Of a stretch of 64,000 nucleotides of DNA, positions 9,505 to 18,741 are shown in pieces. The translations under genes were made by a program, and so were the position numbers. The DNA is taken from assembly GCA_044507815.1 (NCBI GenBank), contig JBIQIX010000001.1, positions 40,676 to 104,675 of the forward strand, written 5' to 3'. Each line of letters begins with the position of its first letter. The stretch's first letter is position 1. This DNA comes from Flavobacteriales bacterium. GTDB taxonomy: Bacteria > Bacteroidota > Bacteroidia > Flavobacteriales_F > PHOS-HE28. Under the pieces are notes generated by a model, which saw nothing but the letters and a program-made list of their open reading frames with translations, did not search any database and was not told the origin of the DNA.

Positions 9505-10428
9505 ATGAGCACGACCACGACCAAGAAAAAGGACTCGTCCATGGCCTTCGTTTCACCGCCGGTGGACCAGGTGGGCATTGAGGAACGGGTGGCCCGGATC
9601 AAAACACGCAGCATAAAAAAGGAGGCGAAGGTGCAAGGCATGAAGCTCGCACTGAGCATGATCGACCTCACCACCCTGGAGGGGGCCGACACACCCGGAA
9701 AGGTGCGCCAGATGTGCTACAAGGCCATGCACCTGCACGACCAATTACCGGACCTGCCCACCGTGGCCGCGGTATGTGTGTACCCCACCTTGGTAAAAGC
9801 GGCCAAACAAGCGCTGGACGGCAGTGCGGTGAAAGTGGCCGCCGTGGCCACCGCCTTCCCCAGTGGCCAGGCCCCGCGACCGGTGAAGATCGCCGACACG
9901 AAGTACGCCGTGGCCGAAGGCGCTGATGAGATCGACATGGTGATCAGCCGCGGGAAGTTCCACGCGGGCGAATACGACTTTGTGCACGATGAAATAGCAG
10001 CGGTGAAAGAGGCCTGTGGAAAGGCCCGTCTGAAGGTGATCCTGGAGACCGGGGAACTTGGCACGTACGGCAAGGTGCGCCTGGCGAGCGATATCGCCAT
10101 TGCGGCGGGGGCCGATTTCATCAAGACCAGCACGGGCAAGATCAGCCCGGCGGCAACCATGCCCGTTACGTTGGTGATGTTGCATGCCATACGCGATCAT
10201 TACCTGCGCACCGGCACCATGATCGCCATGAAACCGGCCGGTGGTATACGCACCAGCAAGGAGGCGCTGCATTATTTGATGATGGTGCAGGAAGAGTTGG
10301 GGCCGGAGTGGCTCGATCCACATTGGTTCCGCTTCGGCGCCAGCAGCTTGGCCAACGACATACTCATGCAGTTGCAGAAAGAGGCCGACGGACGCTACCA
10401 GAACGCGGATTATTTCAGCATCGATTAG
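9505..10428 (+). CDS. deoC: Deoxyribose-phosphate aldolase (long type)
   Basis: IDLTTLEG, GADEIDMVI, LKVILETGEL, FIKTSTGK, KPAGGIR, FRFGASSL. Confidence 0.95.
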   Translation: MSTTTTKKKDSSMAFVSPPVDQVGIEERVARIKTRSIKKEAKVQGMKLALSMIDLTTLEGADTPGKVRQMCYKAMHLHDQLPDLPTVAAVCVYPTLVKAAKQALDGSAVKVAAVATAFPSGQAPRPVKIADTKYAVAEGADEIDMVISRGKFHAGEYDFVHDEIAAVKEACGKARLKVILETGELGTYGKVRLASDIAIAAGADFIKTSTGKISPAATMPVTLVMLHAIRDHYLRTGTMIAMKPAGGIRTSKEALHYLMMVQEELGPEWLDPHWFRFGASSLANDILMQLQKEADGRYQNADYFSID

Positions 10429-10460
10429 CAAGCCGTATTCAGCGGCCAACCGGGGTTGCA

Positions 10461-10486
10461 GGTACCCTGTTCCGCGATAGGGTACC
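10461..10486. terminator. Hairpin between convergent deoC and EamA genes
   Basis: GGTACCCT...AGGGTACC inverted repeat; no clear U-tract. Confidence 0.35.
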
Positions 10487-10574
10487 GCGGTGCCGCACGG
10501 CACGAATTCCATCATCCCCATCCGGTTCCCGGGTTCCGATGGCTGGTCCTGGAAATGTCCCGGCCAATAGCGTT

Positions 10575-10991
10575 TCACTGCCCGATCAGTACAATGGTGC
10601 CGGCCACGATCAGGGCCGCGCCCAAGGCGGTCTTGAGTGTTATGGCCTCGCCCAGGAAAAGCATGGCCAGCACGATGGTCAAGGCTACGCTCAGCTTGTC
10701 CACCGGTGCCACTTTGCTTACATCGCCCACCTGCAGCGCCTTGAAGTAGAAGAGCCACGACAGCCCCGTGGCCAAGCCTGAAAGAACGAGGAAAAGCAGG
10801 TCCTGCTTGGGTACATGGGCCAGACCCTTAGCTTGGCCGCGTACCAGCACCACTGCCCATACCATGATCAAGATCACCACCGTGCGTATGCCCGTGGCCA
10901 GGTTGGAAGGCATATTCGCAACACCAAGCTTGGCGAAAATGGCCGTGAGCGAGGCGAAGAAGGCCGAAAGAATGGCATAGGTCCACCACAT
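10575..10991 (-). CDS. Single-domain EamA/DMT transporter family protein
   Basis: MWWTYAILSAFFASLTAIFAKLG...SWLFYFKALQVGDVSKVAPVDKLS. Confidence 0.9.
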   Translation of the reverse strand: MWWTYAILSAFFASLTAIFAKLGVANMPSNLATGIRTVVILIMVWAVVLVRGQAKGLAHVPKQDLLFLVLSGLATGLSWLFYFKALQVGDVSKVAPVDKLSVALTIVLAMLFLGEAITLKTALGAALIVAGTIVLIGQ

Positions 10992-11023
10992 GGTACAGGG
11001 TTTTTGATGCCTCGGGCCGCAAC

Positions 11024-12133
11024 TCAGTTCAGTGCATACATCTTTCCCGGCAAGCTGCGCACCACGCCATTGAATTCCAGGTTCAACAACAGGCCGGCTG
11101 CTTTGTGCTGGGCCATTTTGCTGCGGAAACAAAGCGTGTCGATATCGATCTTGCCCTGGGTACGGATCAGGTCCACAAGGGTCTGCTCATCGGGCATCAG
11201 TTCACTGAACAAGGTGGGCTGCACCGCCTGTTTGGCCGCGGCGGCAGCATCCCACTGCATCAGCTGCAATACATCGGCGGCGTTGGTGACCAAGTGCGCC
11301 TTGTTCTGCTGGATCAAGCGGTTGCAGCCGATGCTGCGCTCGTCGGCGGGCCGGCCGGGGATGGCCATCACGTCGCGGTCGTAACTGTTGGCGATGTCCG
11401 CGGTGATCAATGAACCGCCCTTTGGGCCGCTTTCCACCACCACGGTGCAATCGCCCAATGCAGCGATCACCCGGTTGCGCGCCGGAAAATTCCCAGGTGC
11501 GAAGGGCGAGCCGCTGGGCACCTCGCTCACAAGACCGCCAATCCCGGTCATTTCCTTGGCGGTTGCCGCATGTTCACCAGGGTACACACGGTCCAGCCCA
11601 TGCGCCACACAGGCAACAGTGGGCAACCCGCAGCGCATGGCAGTGCGGTGGGCAATGATGTCAATGCCGTACGCCAACCCGCTGATGATCGTGGCGCCGC
11701 TGGCCGCCAGCCCTTCCACCAATTCCTCGCATTGCCGCTTGCCATGCGCGGTAGGCGTACGTGTGCCCACAATGGACACGCTTCGCAACGGGTCGAGGTT
11801 GGCTTGGCCACGCACATAAAGCAGTACGGGCGCATCCGGGCAGTTCACCAGGCGGCGCGGGAAATCAGCGTCGAGGTAAAACAGCGGCCGCACCCCCTGG
11901 CGCTGCACGAAGTCCCATTCCTTGGCGGCGGCTTTCAAAACCTCCTTGCCCATGATGGAGGACTTGAGCACAGGCCCGATGCCAGGCACTTTGTCCAGCG
12001 ACCGCTTTACGGCCGGATCGGTGAAAATGGGGTCCACGCCGCCGCAGTAGGCCACCAGGTTGCGTGCATTCACGGGGCCGATGCCCTTGAGCATGGAAAG
12101 GGCAATGCGGTGTATCCACTGGGGGTCGTCCAT
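11024..12133 (-). CDS. dprA: DNA-processing protein DprA
   Basis: KGIGP, IVGTRTPT, IISGLAYGIDIIAH, FPARNRVIAAL, GGSLITA, C-terminal wHTH. Confidence 0.95.
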   Translation of the reverse strand: MDDPQWIHRIALSMLKGIGPVNARNLVAYCGGVDPIFTDPAVKRSLDKVPGIGPVLKSSIMGKEVLKAAAKEWDFVQRQGVRPLFYLDADFPRRLVNCPDAPVLLYVRGQANLDPLRSVSIVGTRTPTAHGKRQCEELVEGLAASGATIISGLAYGIDIIAHRTAMRCGLPTVACVAHGLDRVYPGEHAATAKEMTGIGGLVSEVPSGSPFAPGNFPARNRVIAALGDCTVVVESGPKGGSLITADIANSYDRDVMAIPGRPADERSIGCNRLIQQNKAHLVTNAADVLQLMQWDAAAAAKQAVQPTLFSELMPDEQTLVDLIRTQGKIDIDTLCFRSKMAQHKAAGLLLNLEFNGVVRSLPGKMYALN

Positions 12134-12190
12134 GGGGTGGGGGCGATCGCTACATTCGCCGTCGAAGGGTGGAGGCCCAAAGTAAGCCCG

Positions 12191-14608
12191 ATGAAGTCCA
12201 TTGCCGCGCTGTGCGCTTTCCTGCTTTTCGGGGCCGCCGCGGCCCGTGCGCAGGGGCAGTTGCCCGGTCGGCTGGAGGGGCGCGTGCTCGATGCAACCGA
12301 CAAGCAGCCGCTGCCCGGGGCCAGCATTGTGGTGGGCACCGTGGCCGCCACGGCCGACGAGGGCGGGCATTACGCCTTGAGCCTTCCGGAAGGCGAATAC
12401 ACCTTGCGGTCCAGTTTTATCGGCCATGCTGAGAAAAGCATGCGCACCGAGGTGAGAGCGGGTGAAACCACCGTTGTGGATGTACTGCTGGAGGCTGTAC
12501 CGGCGCAGTTGGACATAGTGGTCGTTAGTGCGGGCCGGTTCGAGCAAAAGGTGGGCGAAGTGACCCAGTCCTTGAGCGTGCTGCCCGCGCAGATCATTCG
12601 TGACAGGGCCACGGTGAACCTGGCCGATGCGCTGGACCAAGTGCCCGGTGTGGTGGTGATCGATGGAGATCCGCAGATCAGGGCCGGCAGCGGCTTCAGT
12701 TACGGGGCGGGCAGCCGGGTAATGATGCTGGTGGACGATCTGCCGATCCTTAGTGGCGACATCGGGCGGCCCAATTGGACCTTCCTGCCCATTGAGGACG
12801 TGGCCCAGGTGGAGGTGATCAAAGGGGCCAGCAGTGTGCTGTACGGCAGTGCGGCCCTGAGCGGGGTGATCAATGTGCGTACGGCATGGCCGCTGGAGCA
12901 GCCGCGCACGCGTGCCACCGTGCTGGCAGGCACCTACGATGCACCGGGCAGCGCCAGGGCCAAATGGTGGCACCATGGTGCACCTGTGCTGGGCGGCGCC
13001 AGTTTCATGCACGCACAGCGCTACAACAAGCTGGACCTTGTGCTTGGCGGCAACGCCTACGCTGACCAAGGCTATATCGGGCCGGAACGCATTGCGCCCG
13101 ACAGCCTCTCGCGCGACCCGTTCCGACTGAATGATGCCGCCTATGAACGGCGGGCCCGTTTCAATTTCGCCGCCCGTTGGCGCAACCAACGAATAAAAGG
13201 ACTGAATTACGGATTGGCGGGCAATGCCATGAAAAGCCGAAGCACCAGCGTGTTCCTGTGGGACGACCTTGATCGCGGGCTATACAGGCCGGCACCCGGG
13301 ACCACCACATTTACCGAGGGCACCCAGTTGTACCTGGACCCCTTCGTGAACTATACCGGGGAAAAAGGAACCCGCCACACGCTGCGTGGGCGCTGGTTCC
13401 ATCGGCAATTCGATAACACCGGTGGCCAGGGCAACGGCAACGACATGCTGTTCGGCGAGTACCAACTACAACAGAAGCTGGACTGGGCAGGACCCCTGGT
13501 GGCCACAGCGGGCATCACGGGACAGCAGGTGCAAAGCCATGCAGAACTGTATAGCGCGAATCCTGCGGGCGATGGTGAAAACACCGCCAACAATGTGGCG
13601 GCCTACCTGCAATTGGATAAAAAGTGGCTGGAGGAGCGGCTGATGTTGAGCGCCGGTGTGCGGTATGAGCAATTCAAGGTGAATGAGTTGGTGCAGTCAG
13701 AGCCTGTCATCAGGGCCGGCGCCACTTACCGTGTGCTGCAGGGCACCTATGTGCGGGCCAGCTATGGGCAAGGCTTCCGGTTCCCCACCATCGGCGAGCG
13801 ATACATCAACACGTCCGTGGGTTCGCTCAACATTTACCCCAATCCGCAACTTCAACCCGAAACCAGCGTCAACACCGAATTCGGGATCAAACAGGGGTTC
13901 AAATTCGGCAATGTCAGCGGCTATGTGGACGTGGTGGCCTTCCGGCAGGAATTCGACCGGTATGTGGAATTCACTTTCGGGCAATGGGGATCGGATAAAT
14001 CACCGGCCAACATTTTCGGCTTCGGCTTCATGAGCGTGAACACCGGCGGTGCGCGCATTACGGGCACCGAAGTGGAATTGGCAGCCAAGGGCAAAGCGGG
14101 CCAAGTTGAATTGCACATGCTGCTGGGTTACACCCACACGTTGCCGGTAAGTACAACGCCCACAGAGGCATACGCCAGCTCGGTGTCAAGCGCGGGACAA
14201 GTGGAACCGGTGAGCTACGCCAGCACCAGCTACTACACAGGGGAGAACATACTCAAGTTCAGGGTGCAGCACCTGTTCAGGGCCGATGTCGGGGCCGCTT
14301 GGAAAAGGCTTTCGGGCGGGGTGAGCCTGCGCTACAACAGCCATGTGCGGAACATCGACAAGGCCTTCGGCCAGCTCGCGCAAGTGCCCGTGCCGAATAA
14401 CCCGTTGCGCAACATCGGCGTGGAACAATGGATGGACGGCCACACCACAGGGGATTGGATCAGCGATGTGCGGCTGGCCTTCGCGCTTACTCCCCAACTG
14501 AAAGCGGCCTTGCTGGTAAGCAACCTCACCAACGAGGTGTACGCCATACGCCCCATGGCCATTGAGGCGCCGCGTTCCTTCAGGATACAACTCGCCTTGG
14601 ACCTATGA
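12191..14608 (+). CDS. TonB-dependent receptor with carboxypeptidase-regulatory-like N-domain
   Basis: Signal peptide, GRVLDATDKQPLPGASI, VVVSAGRFEQ, plug motif EVIKGASSVLYGSAALSGVIN, beta-barrel C-terminus. Confidence 0.92.
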   Translation: MKSIAALCAFLLFGAAAARAQGQLPGRLEGRVLDATDKQPLPGASIVVGTVAATADEGGHYALSLPEGEYTLRSSFIGHAEKSMRTEVRAGETTVVDVLLEAVPAQLDIVVVSAGRFEQKVGEVTQSLSVLPAQIIRDRATVNLADALDQVPGVVVIDGDPQIRAGSGFSYGAGSRVMMLVDDLPILSGDIGRPNWTFLPIEDVAQVEVIKGASSVLYGSAALSGVINVRTAWPLEQPRTRATVLAGTYDAPGSARAKWWHHGAPVLGGASFMHAQRYNKLDLVLGGNAYADQGYIGPERIAPDSLSRDPFRLNDAAYERRARFNFAARWRNQRIKGLNYGLAGNAMKSRSTSVFLWDDLDRGLYRPAPGTTTFTEGTQLYLDPFVNYTGEKGTRHTLRGRWFHRQFDNTGGQGNGNDMLFGEYQLQQKLDWAGPLVATAGITGQQVQSHAELYSANPAGDGENTANNVAAYLQLDKKWLEERLMLSAGVRYEQFKVNELVQSEPVIRAGATYRVLQGTYVRASYGQGFRFPTIGERYINTSVGSLNIYPNPQLQPETSVNTEFGIKQGFKFGNVSGYVDVVAFRQEFDRYVEFTFGQWGSDKSPANIFGFGFMSVNTGGARITGTEVELAAKGKAGQVELHMLLGYTHTLPVSTTPTEAYASSVSSAGQVEPVSYASTSYYTGENILKFRVQHLFRADVGAAWKRLSGGVSLRYNSHVRNIDKAFGQLAQVPVPNNPLRNIGVEQWMDGHTTGDWISDVRLAFALTPQLKAALLVSNLTNEVYAIRPMAIEAPRSFRIQLALDL

Positions 14609-15387
14609 GCGGATTACGCATGCTTGGGATCATTCCGGCGCGGTTCGCCAGCAGCCGCCTGCCCGCCAAACCCCTCGCCGATATCGCGGGCAAGAGCATG
14701 GTGCAACGCGTGGTGGAACAGGCCGTGCAGTGCCGCAAGCTCACCAAAGTGGTGGTGGCCACGGATGATGCACGCGTGGCCGATCATGTACACGCGTTCG
14801 GGGGCATTGCCATAATGACCTCCCTGGCGCACCACAGCGGCACCGACCGCTGTTGGGAGGCCCTTGAAAAATTGGGCCTGGATGACTTTGACGGCGTGGT
14901 GAACATCCAAGGGGATGAACCTTTCATTGCGCCGCAACAGATCGGGCAGGCCTGCGAGGCGTTGGCCCAGGAAGGCACCTCAATAGCTACCCTGGCGCAG
15001 GTGGTGGAGCGCGACGAGGACCTCGACGACCCGGGCGAAGTGCTGATCACCGTGGACCGGAACATGAATGCGCTGTATTTCAGCCGTGCGGCCATACCCT
15101 TCCTGCGCAACCCCGGGCAGGGGCCGCGGCATGCCCAGTTCCGTTTCCTGAAACACGTCGGCCTTTACGCCTACCGCACCGCGGCACTTGGGCAGATCGT
15201 GCAATTGCGCCCATCAACGCTGGAGATCGCCGAGTCGCTGGAGCAATTGCGCTGGCTTGAGAACGGCATCAAGGTGAAGGTCGCCATTACGGAGCACCCC
15301 TCATTCTGCGTGGATACCCCGGCCGACCTGGAATTGGCGCGAAGGAAGGCGATCGGCGATCGATCGGCACCAACCACGGCCCAGTAA
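14605..15387 (+). CDS. kdsB: 3-deoxy-manno-octulosonate cytidylyltransferase
   Basis: IIPARFASSRLPAKPL, SGTDR, NIQGDEP, ALYFSRAAIP, ESLEQLRWLE. Confidence 0.93.
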   Translation: MSGLRMLGIIPARFASSRLPAKPLADIAGKSMVQRVVEQAVQCRKLTKVVVATDDARVADHVHAFGGIAIMTSLAHHSGTDRCWEALEKLGLDDFDGVVNIQGDEPFIAPQQIGQACEALAQEGTSIATLAQVVERDEDLDDPGEVLITVDRNMNALYFSRAAIPFLRNPGQGPRHAQFRFLKHVGLYAYRTAALGQIVQLRPSTLEIAESLEQLRWLENGIKVKVAITEHPSFCVDTPADLELARRKAIGDRSAPTTAQ

Positions 15388-15424
15388 CGTACAAGCATTG
15401 CAAACCGTAGTTTTGTCCGGCATC

Positions 15425-16465
15425 ATGGCGCTCGACCGTTACATACACATCCTGCTGTACGACCACGACTGCGTGATCGTGCCCGAGTTCGGCGGGTTTC
15501 TCGCGCATTACGCACCTGCGCGCCTGGACGTGCAGCGCCGGTTGGCCTATCCGCCTTCCAAAACCCTGAGCTTCAACCGGAAATTGATGCGGCAGGACGG
15601 TTTGTTGGCCGATCATGTGGCGCGGCACGAGGGTTTGGATTTCCAGGCCGCCAAGGACCGGCTGCAGGCCGAGGTGTCTGCTTGGAAGGAAAAGCTGCAG
15701 CGCGATGGCCGTTTGGAATTGGAGCGGATCGGTACCTTTTTCCACGATGCTGAAAAGAACCTGCAATTCATCCCGGATAACCGGGCCAACTTCCTGAAGG
15801 ATGCCTATGGCCTTCGGCCCGTGGCGGCCGTACCTGTGCCCAGCACCGTACTACGCCTGGACCCGGCCGCTGCTGCAGAGGCAAGGCCGGAACCAGCGCC
15901 CATGCGCAAGCGGCAATGGATGGCCGCGGCGGCCGTGGCGGCCATGGCCCTTACGGCCGCCACATGGTACTTGGTGGGGAGCACTGAATTGCCGGGGCTG
16001 GTGGCCGGTAACCTGAACCTCCTGCGATTGGGCGAAACCCCACGCTATGTGCTTCCGGCGCCCCCTGCCGAGGTTGAGGCACCTCAAATGGCAGGGTTCT
16101 GGACAGCGCCTACCGGGCTGCAGGGCGTGCACACACTGCCCATTGCCGGCCCCACCGCGCCCCCGGTGGCCGTTGACCTAGGGGAGAAGCCCGAAGCCGC
16201 CGCACCGGTGCACACGGCCGTGGTTGCGGTGAGCCCCATTGGGCAACGCTTCCATATCATAGGCGGATGTTTCCTGGAAAAGGAAAATGCAGATCGTATG
16301 GTGGCCGAACTACAGGCCCGCGGCTTCGCGGCGTCCGTGATCGATAAGAAAGGAAATCTTTACCGCGTGGCCTACGGCAGTTATCCCCTGCGCACCACCG
16401 CCCTGGAAGCACTCAATGCTGTGCGCAAGGAAGAGGCGCCCGAGGCATGGTTGTTGGTGAAGTGA
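15425..16465 (+). CDS. HU-CCDC81-domain / TM / SPOR-domain cell-division-associated protein
   Basis: LLYDHDCVIVPEFGGF, LSFN...DGLL N-domain; central TM; C-terminal SPOR (FHIIGGCFLEKENA...AWLL); TAGTTTTG box at 15408. Confidence 0.88.
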   Translation: MALDRYIHILLYDHDCVIVPEFGGFLAHYAPARLDVQRRLAYPPSKTLSFNRKLMRQDGLLADHVARHEGLDFQAAKDRLQAEVSAWKEKLQRDGRLELERIGTFFHDAEKNLQFIPDNRANFLKDAYGLRPVAAVPVPSTVLRLDPAAAAEARPEPAPMRKRQWMAAAAVAAMALTAATWYLVGSTELPGLVAGNLNLLRLGETPRYVLPAPPAEVEAPQMAGFWTAPTGLQGVHTLPIAGPTAPPVAVDLGEKPEAAAPVHTAVVAVSPIGQRFHIIGGCFLEKENADRMVAELQARGFAASVIDKKGNLYRVAYGSYPLRTTALEALNAVRKEEAPEAWLLVK

Positions 16466-16532
16466 TCCGCTCCGTTCCCCACGTTCAAATTATGGACCGA
16501 CGCCGTGGCGGGTAACCACGGCCAATCACACG

Positions 16533-17183
16533 ATGGTGACCAAATACATCCTCTCCTGGGCCGCTTTGTTCATGTTCAGCGCCGCTTCGGCGCAGGTGGT
16601 CATGGAGCCACCGGCCAGAACAATCAACGTTGGCAAGGCCGAGGTGACCTCGCTGGCCATTGCGCCCAAGGGTGATCGAATCCTGGTGGGCACTGATAAG
16701 GGCGCCGAACTGTTCGATATCGTGCAAGGAAAACGGGTGGCGAAATTCCCCTACAACGAGGATGGAAGCACCGTGGTGTACCACACCGCATTCAACGATA
16801 ACGGCGAATTCGTTGTGCTGATCGGTTATGCCGGCACGCGCGAAGTGTGGGACGTGAAGGACGGGAAACAGGACAAGATGATCAATCGTCACAGATGGAT
16901 CCCCGATGCCATCCGCACGCGCGATCTCGGGCTGAAGAAAGGCAATTCATCCTTTGACCGTTTCTACCAACAATCAGAGGCCGAGCACAACGGCATTGTG
17001 GCAAAGGCCGATAAGGATGGCACGGTGGTGTTCACGAATGCCGATGGCGACGTGGTGCAAAAGCTCGTTTATGCCACCAACAAGGACCAGCACCATCGCG
17101 CGCCCTGCCTTTTCCACGACGGGCAATTCATCACCGGCACCGATGATGGCCGCGTCCTGTTCTACGATCTGGCCAAGCCCTGA
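16533..17183 (+). CDS. Secreted WD40-like repeat protein
   Basis: Signal peptide ending SAQ; blade-like segments VTSLAIAPKGDRILVG, REVWDV, FITGTDDGRVLFYD. Confidence 0.6.
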   Translation: MVTKYILSWAALFMFSAASAQVVMEPPARTINVGKAEVTSLAIAPKGDRILVGTDKGAELFDIVQGKRVAKFPYNEDGSTVVYHTAFNDNGEFVVLIGYAGTREVWDVKDGKQDKMINRHRWIPDAIRTRDLGLKKGNSSFDRFYQQSEAEHNGIVAKADKDGTVVFTNADGDVVQKLVYATNKDQHHRAPCLFHDGQFITGTDDGRVLFYDLAKP

Positions 17184-17620
17184 GCCCGAAGCGCGTCAAG
17201 CACCCGCCGCACGTGCTGTTGAGCGCCTGAGCGGCTGCTGAAGGCCATCCGGACAAGGCCCTGGGGGTCCACCAGAAAGGTTGCCCGGTCCTTTAGGCCG
17301 AGAAAACGGCCGAGGCCAAAGGCATTGTAGGCCTGGTCGTCCGGATCGCTCAGCAGGGTGAACGGCAGTTGGTGCTGCCGGGTGAACGCGCGGTGGGCGG
17401 CGGGTGGGTCGGCGCTGATGCCAATGACCTTCACCCCGCTGGTTTCAAAGCGCGGGAATGCATCGCGGAAGGCACATGCCTGCCGTGTGCAAATGAACGT
17501 GCCATCCTTTGGATAGAAGTAGATCACGGCCCAACTCGCGATAAGCGTGCGCAGGCGCGCCATTCCGCCATCAGCGGCCTGCAATTCAACATCAGGTATG
17601 CTGGCCCCCACCTTCAGCAT
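17162..17620 (-). CDS. bcp: Peroxiredoxin, BCP/PrxQ family
   Basis: YFYPKDGTFICTRQACAFRD, VIGISAD, LPFTLLSD, RATFLVD. Confidence 0.88.
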   Translation of the reverse strand: MLKVGASIPDVELQAADGGMARLRTLIASWAVIYFYPKDGTFICTRQACAFRDAFPRFETSGVKVIGISADPPAAHRAFTRQHQLPFTLLSDPDDQAYNAFGLGRFLGLKDRATFLVDPQGLVRMAFSSRSGAQQHVRRVLDALRAQGLARS

Positions 17621-18161
17621 GGCGTTCCTTGGTCTTGGTCCCATTGCCGCGTACCGCTGTCCAAATGATGAGCGCCAATACCAGCAGCCCAAGGATGCCA
17701 ATGTAGCCTTGCACCTCGCGGAACGTGGAAAGGAAAACGGCGATGAGCAGCATCAGTACCGCACCTTGGGCCCAAGCGCGCAACGCGAGCAAGCCCCAGC
17801 CCCCGGTGGCCCCCAGCTTGCGGCAAAGGCGCTGGTTCACCAAATGGTAAGCGAATAACAATGCGATAAGGCCCAGTTTGGCCTGCAGCCAGGCCTCGGC
17901 GAGCAAGGCCGGCCGCAACCAGGCCATCCACGCACCGGTAAGCACCAAAAGCAGCAGCGACGGCCAGGCCACAACGTAAAGCGGCACACGCACCATGCGT
18001 GCGAACTGCCCGGCCAGGATCGACCGCTCCGGCTCAGGCCGGCCCAGGGCCTGGCGGTGCAGCACCAGCACGCGCAGCAGATAGAATGTGCCCGAAAAGA
18101 AGGTTACCATGAAAATGATGTGCAGCGCGGGCAATGCGGGATACCAGGAAGGCAACAGCAT
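17592..18161 (-). CDS. HemJ/CopD-like membrane protein (protoporphyrinogen oxidase family, divergent)
   Basis: ALHIIFMVTFFSGTFYLLRVLVLH and WLQAKL...YH match the HemJ pattern. Confidence 0.65.
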   Translation of the reverse strand: MLLPSWYPALPALHIIFMVTFFSGTFYLLRVLVLHRQALGRPEPERSILAGQFARMVRVPLYVVAWPSLLLLVLTGAWMAWLRPALLAEAWLQAKLGLIALLFAYHLVNQRLCRKLGATGGWGLLALRAWAQGAVLMLLIAVFLSTFREVQGYIGILGLLVLALIIWTAVRGNGTKTKERHAEGGGQHT

Positions 18162-18231
18162 GATGCCGGAAAGTTACGTTGCGCAGGTAAGTGCCGAAGG
18201 TGGGAATACCTTCGCGCAACCGTTCAGTGAA

Positions 18232-18741
18232 ATGGAGAAGAAACCCACGACCGCCAGCTATTGCGAAACCACCAACTTGGTGCTGCCCAACGATGCCAAC
18301 ACCATGGGCAACCTCTTTGGCGGGCAATTGCTGAAGTGGCTGGACATGACCTGTGCGATCAGTGCATACCGGCATACCAAGCATGTGTGCGTTACCGCGG
18401 CGGTGAACAATGTGAGTTTCGATGTGCCGATCAAATTGGGCGATCTGGTCATCATCAAATCGCACGTGAGCAGGGCCTTCAACAGCAGCATGGAGGTGTG
18501 GGCCGATGTGTGGACCGAGGACCAGGGCAGCGGGCGGCGCATCAAGTGCAACAGCGCGATATACACGTTCGTGGCGGTGGGCGCCAACGGGAGGCCGATC
18601 GCCGTACCTGAAGTAGAGCCGGTGACCGAGGAAGAGCAGCAGCGCTTCGACGGGGCCCTGCGCCGCAGGCAACTGAGGTTGATCCTGGCCGGGAAAATGA
18701 AGCCCGGGGAGGCCACGGAACTACGATCGATCTTCCCCTGA
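18232..18741 (+). CDS. Acyl-CoA thioesterase (YciA-like hotdog)
   Basis: VLPNDANTMGNLFGGQLLKWLD, VTAAVNNVSF, SSMEV. Confidence 0.92.
   Translation: MEKKPTTASYCETTNLVLPNDANTMGNLFGGQLLKWLDMTCAISAYRHTKHVCVTAAVNNVSFDVPIKLGDLVIIKSHVSRAFNSSMEVWADVWTEDQGSGRRIKCNSAIYTFVAVGANGRPIAVPEVEPVTEEEQQRFDGALRRRQLRLILAGKMKPGEATELRSIFP

Noticed and set aside
7945-10758. Long minus-strand ORFs (339, 490, 337 aa)
   Set aside because: Antisense shadows of the sulfotransferase, WecB GT and deoC; expected at high GC and lacking motifs
11570-13189. Apparent 721-aa DprA and 1012-aa TonB ORFs overlapping head-to-head
   Set aside because: The N-terminal extensions are mutual shadows; real starts at 12133 (-) and 12191 (+) leave a normal divergent gap
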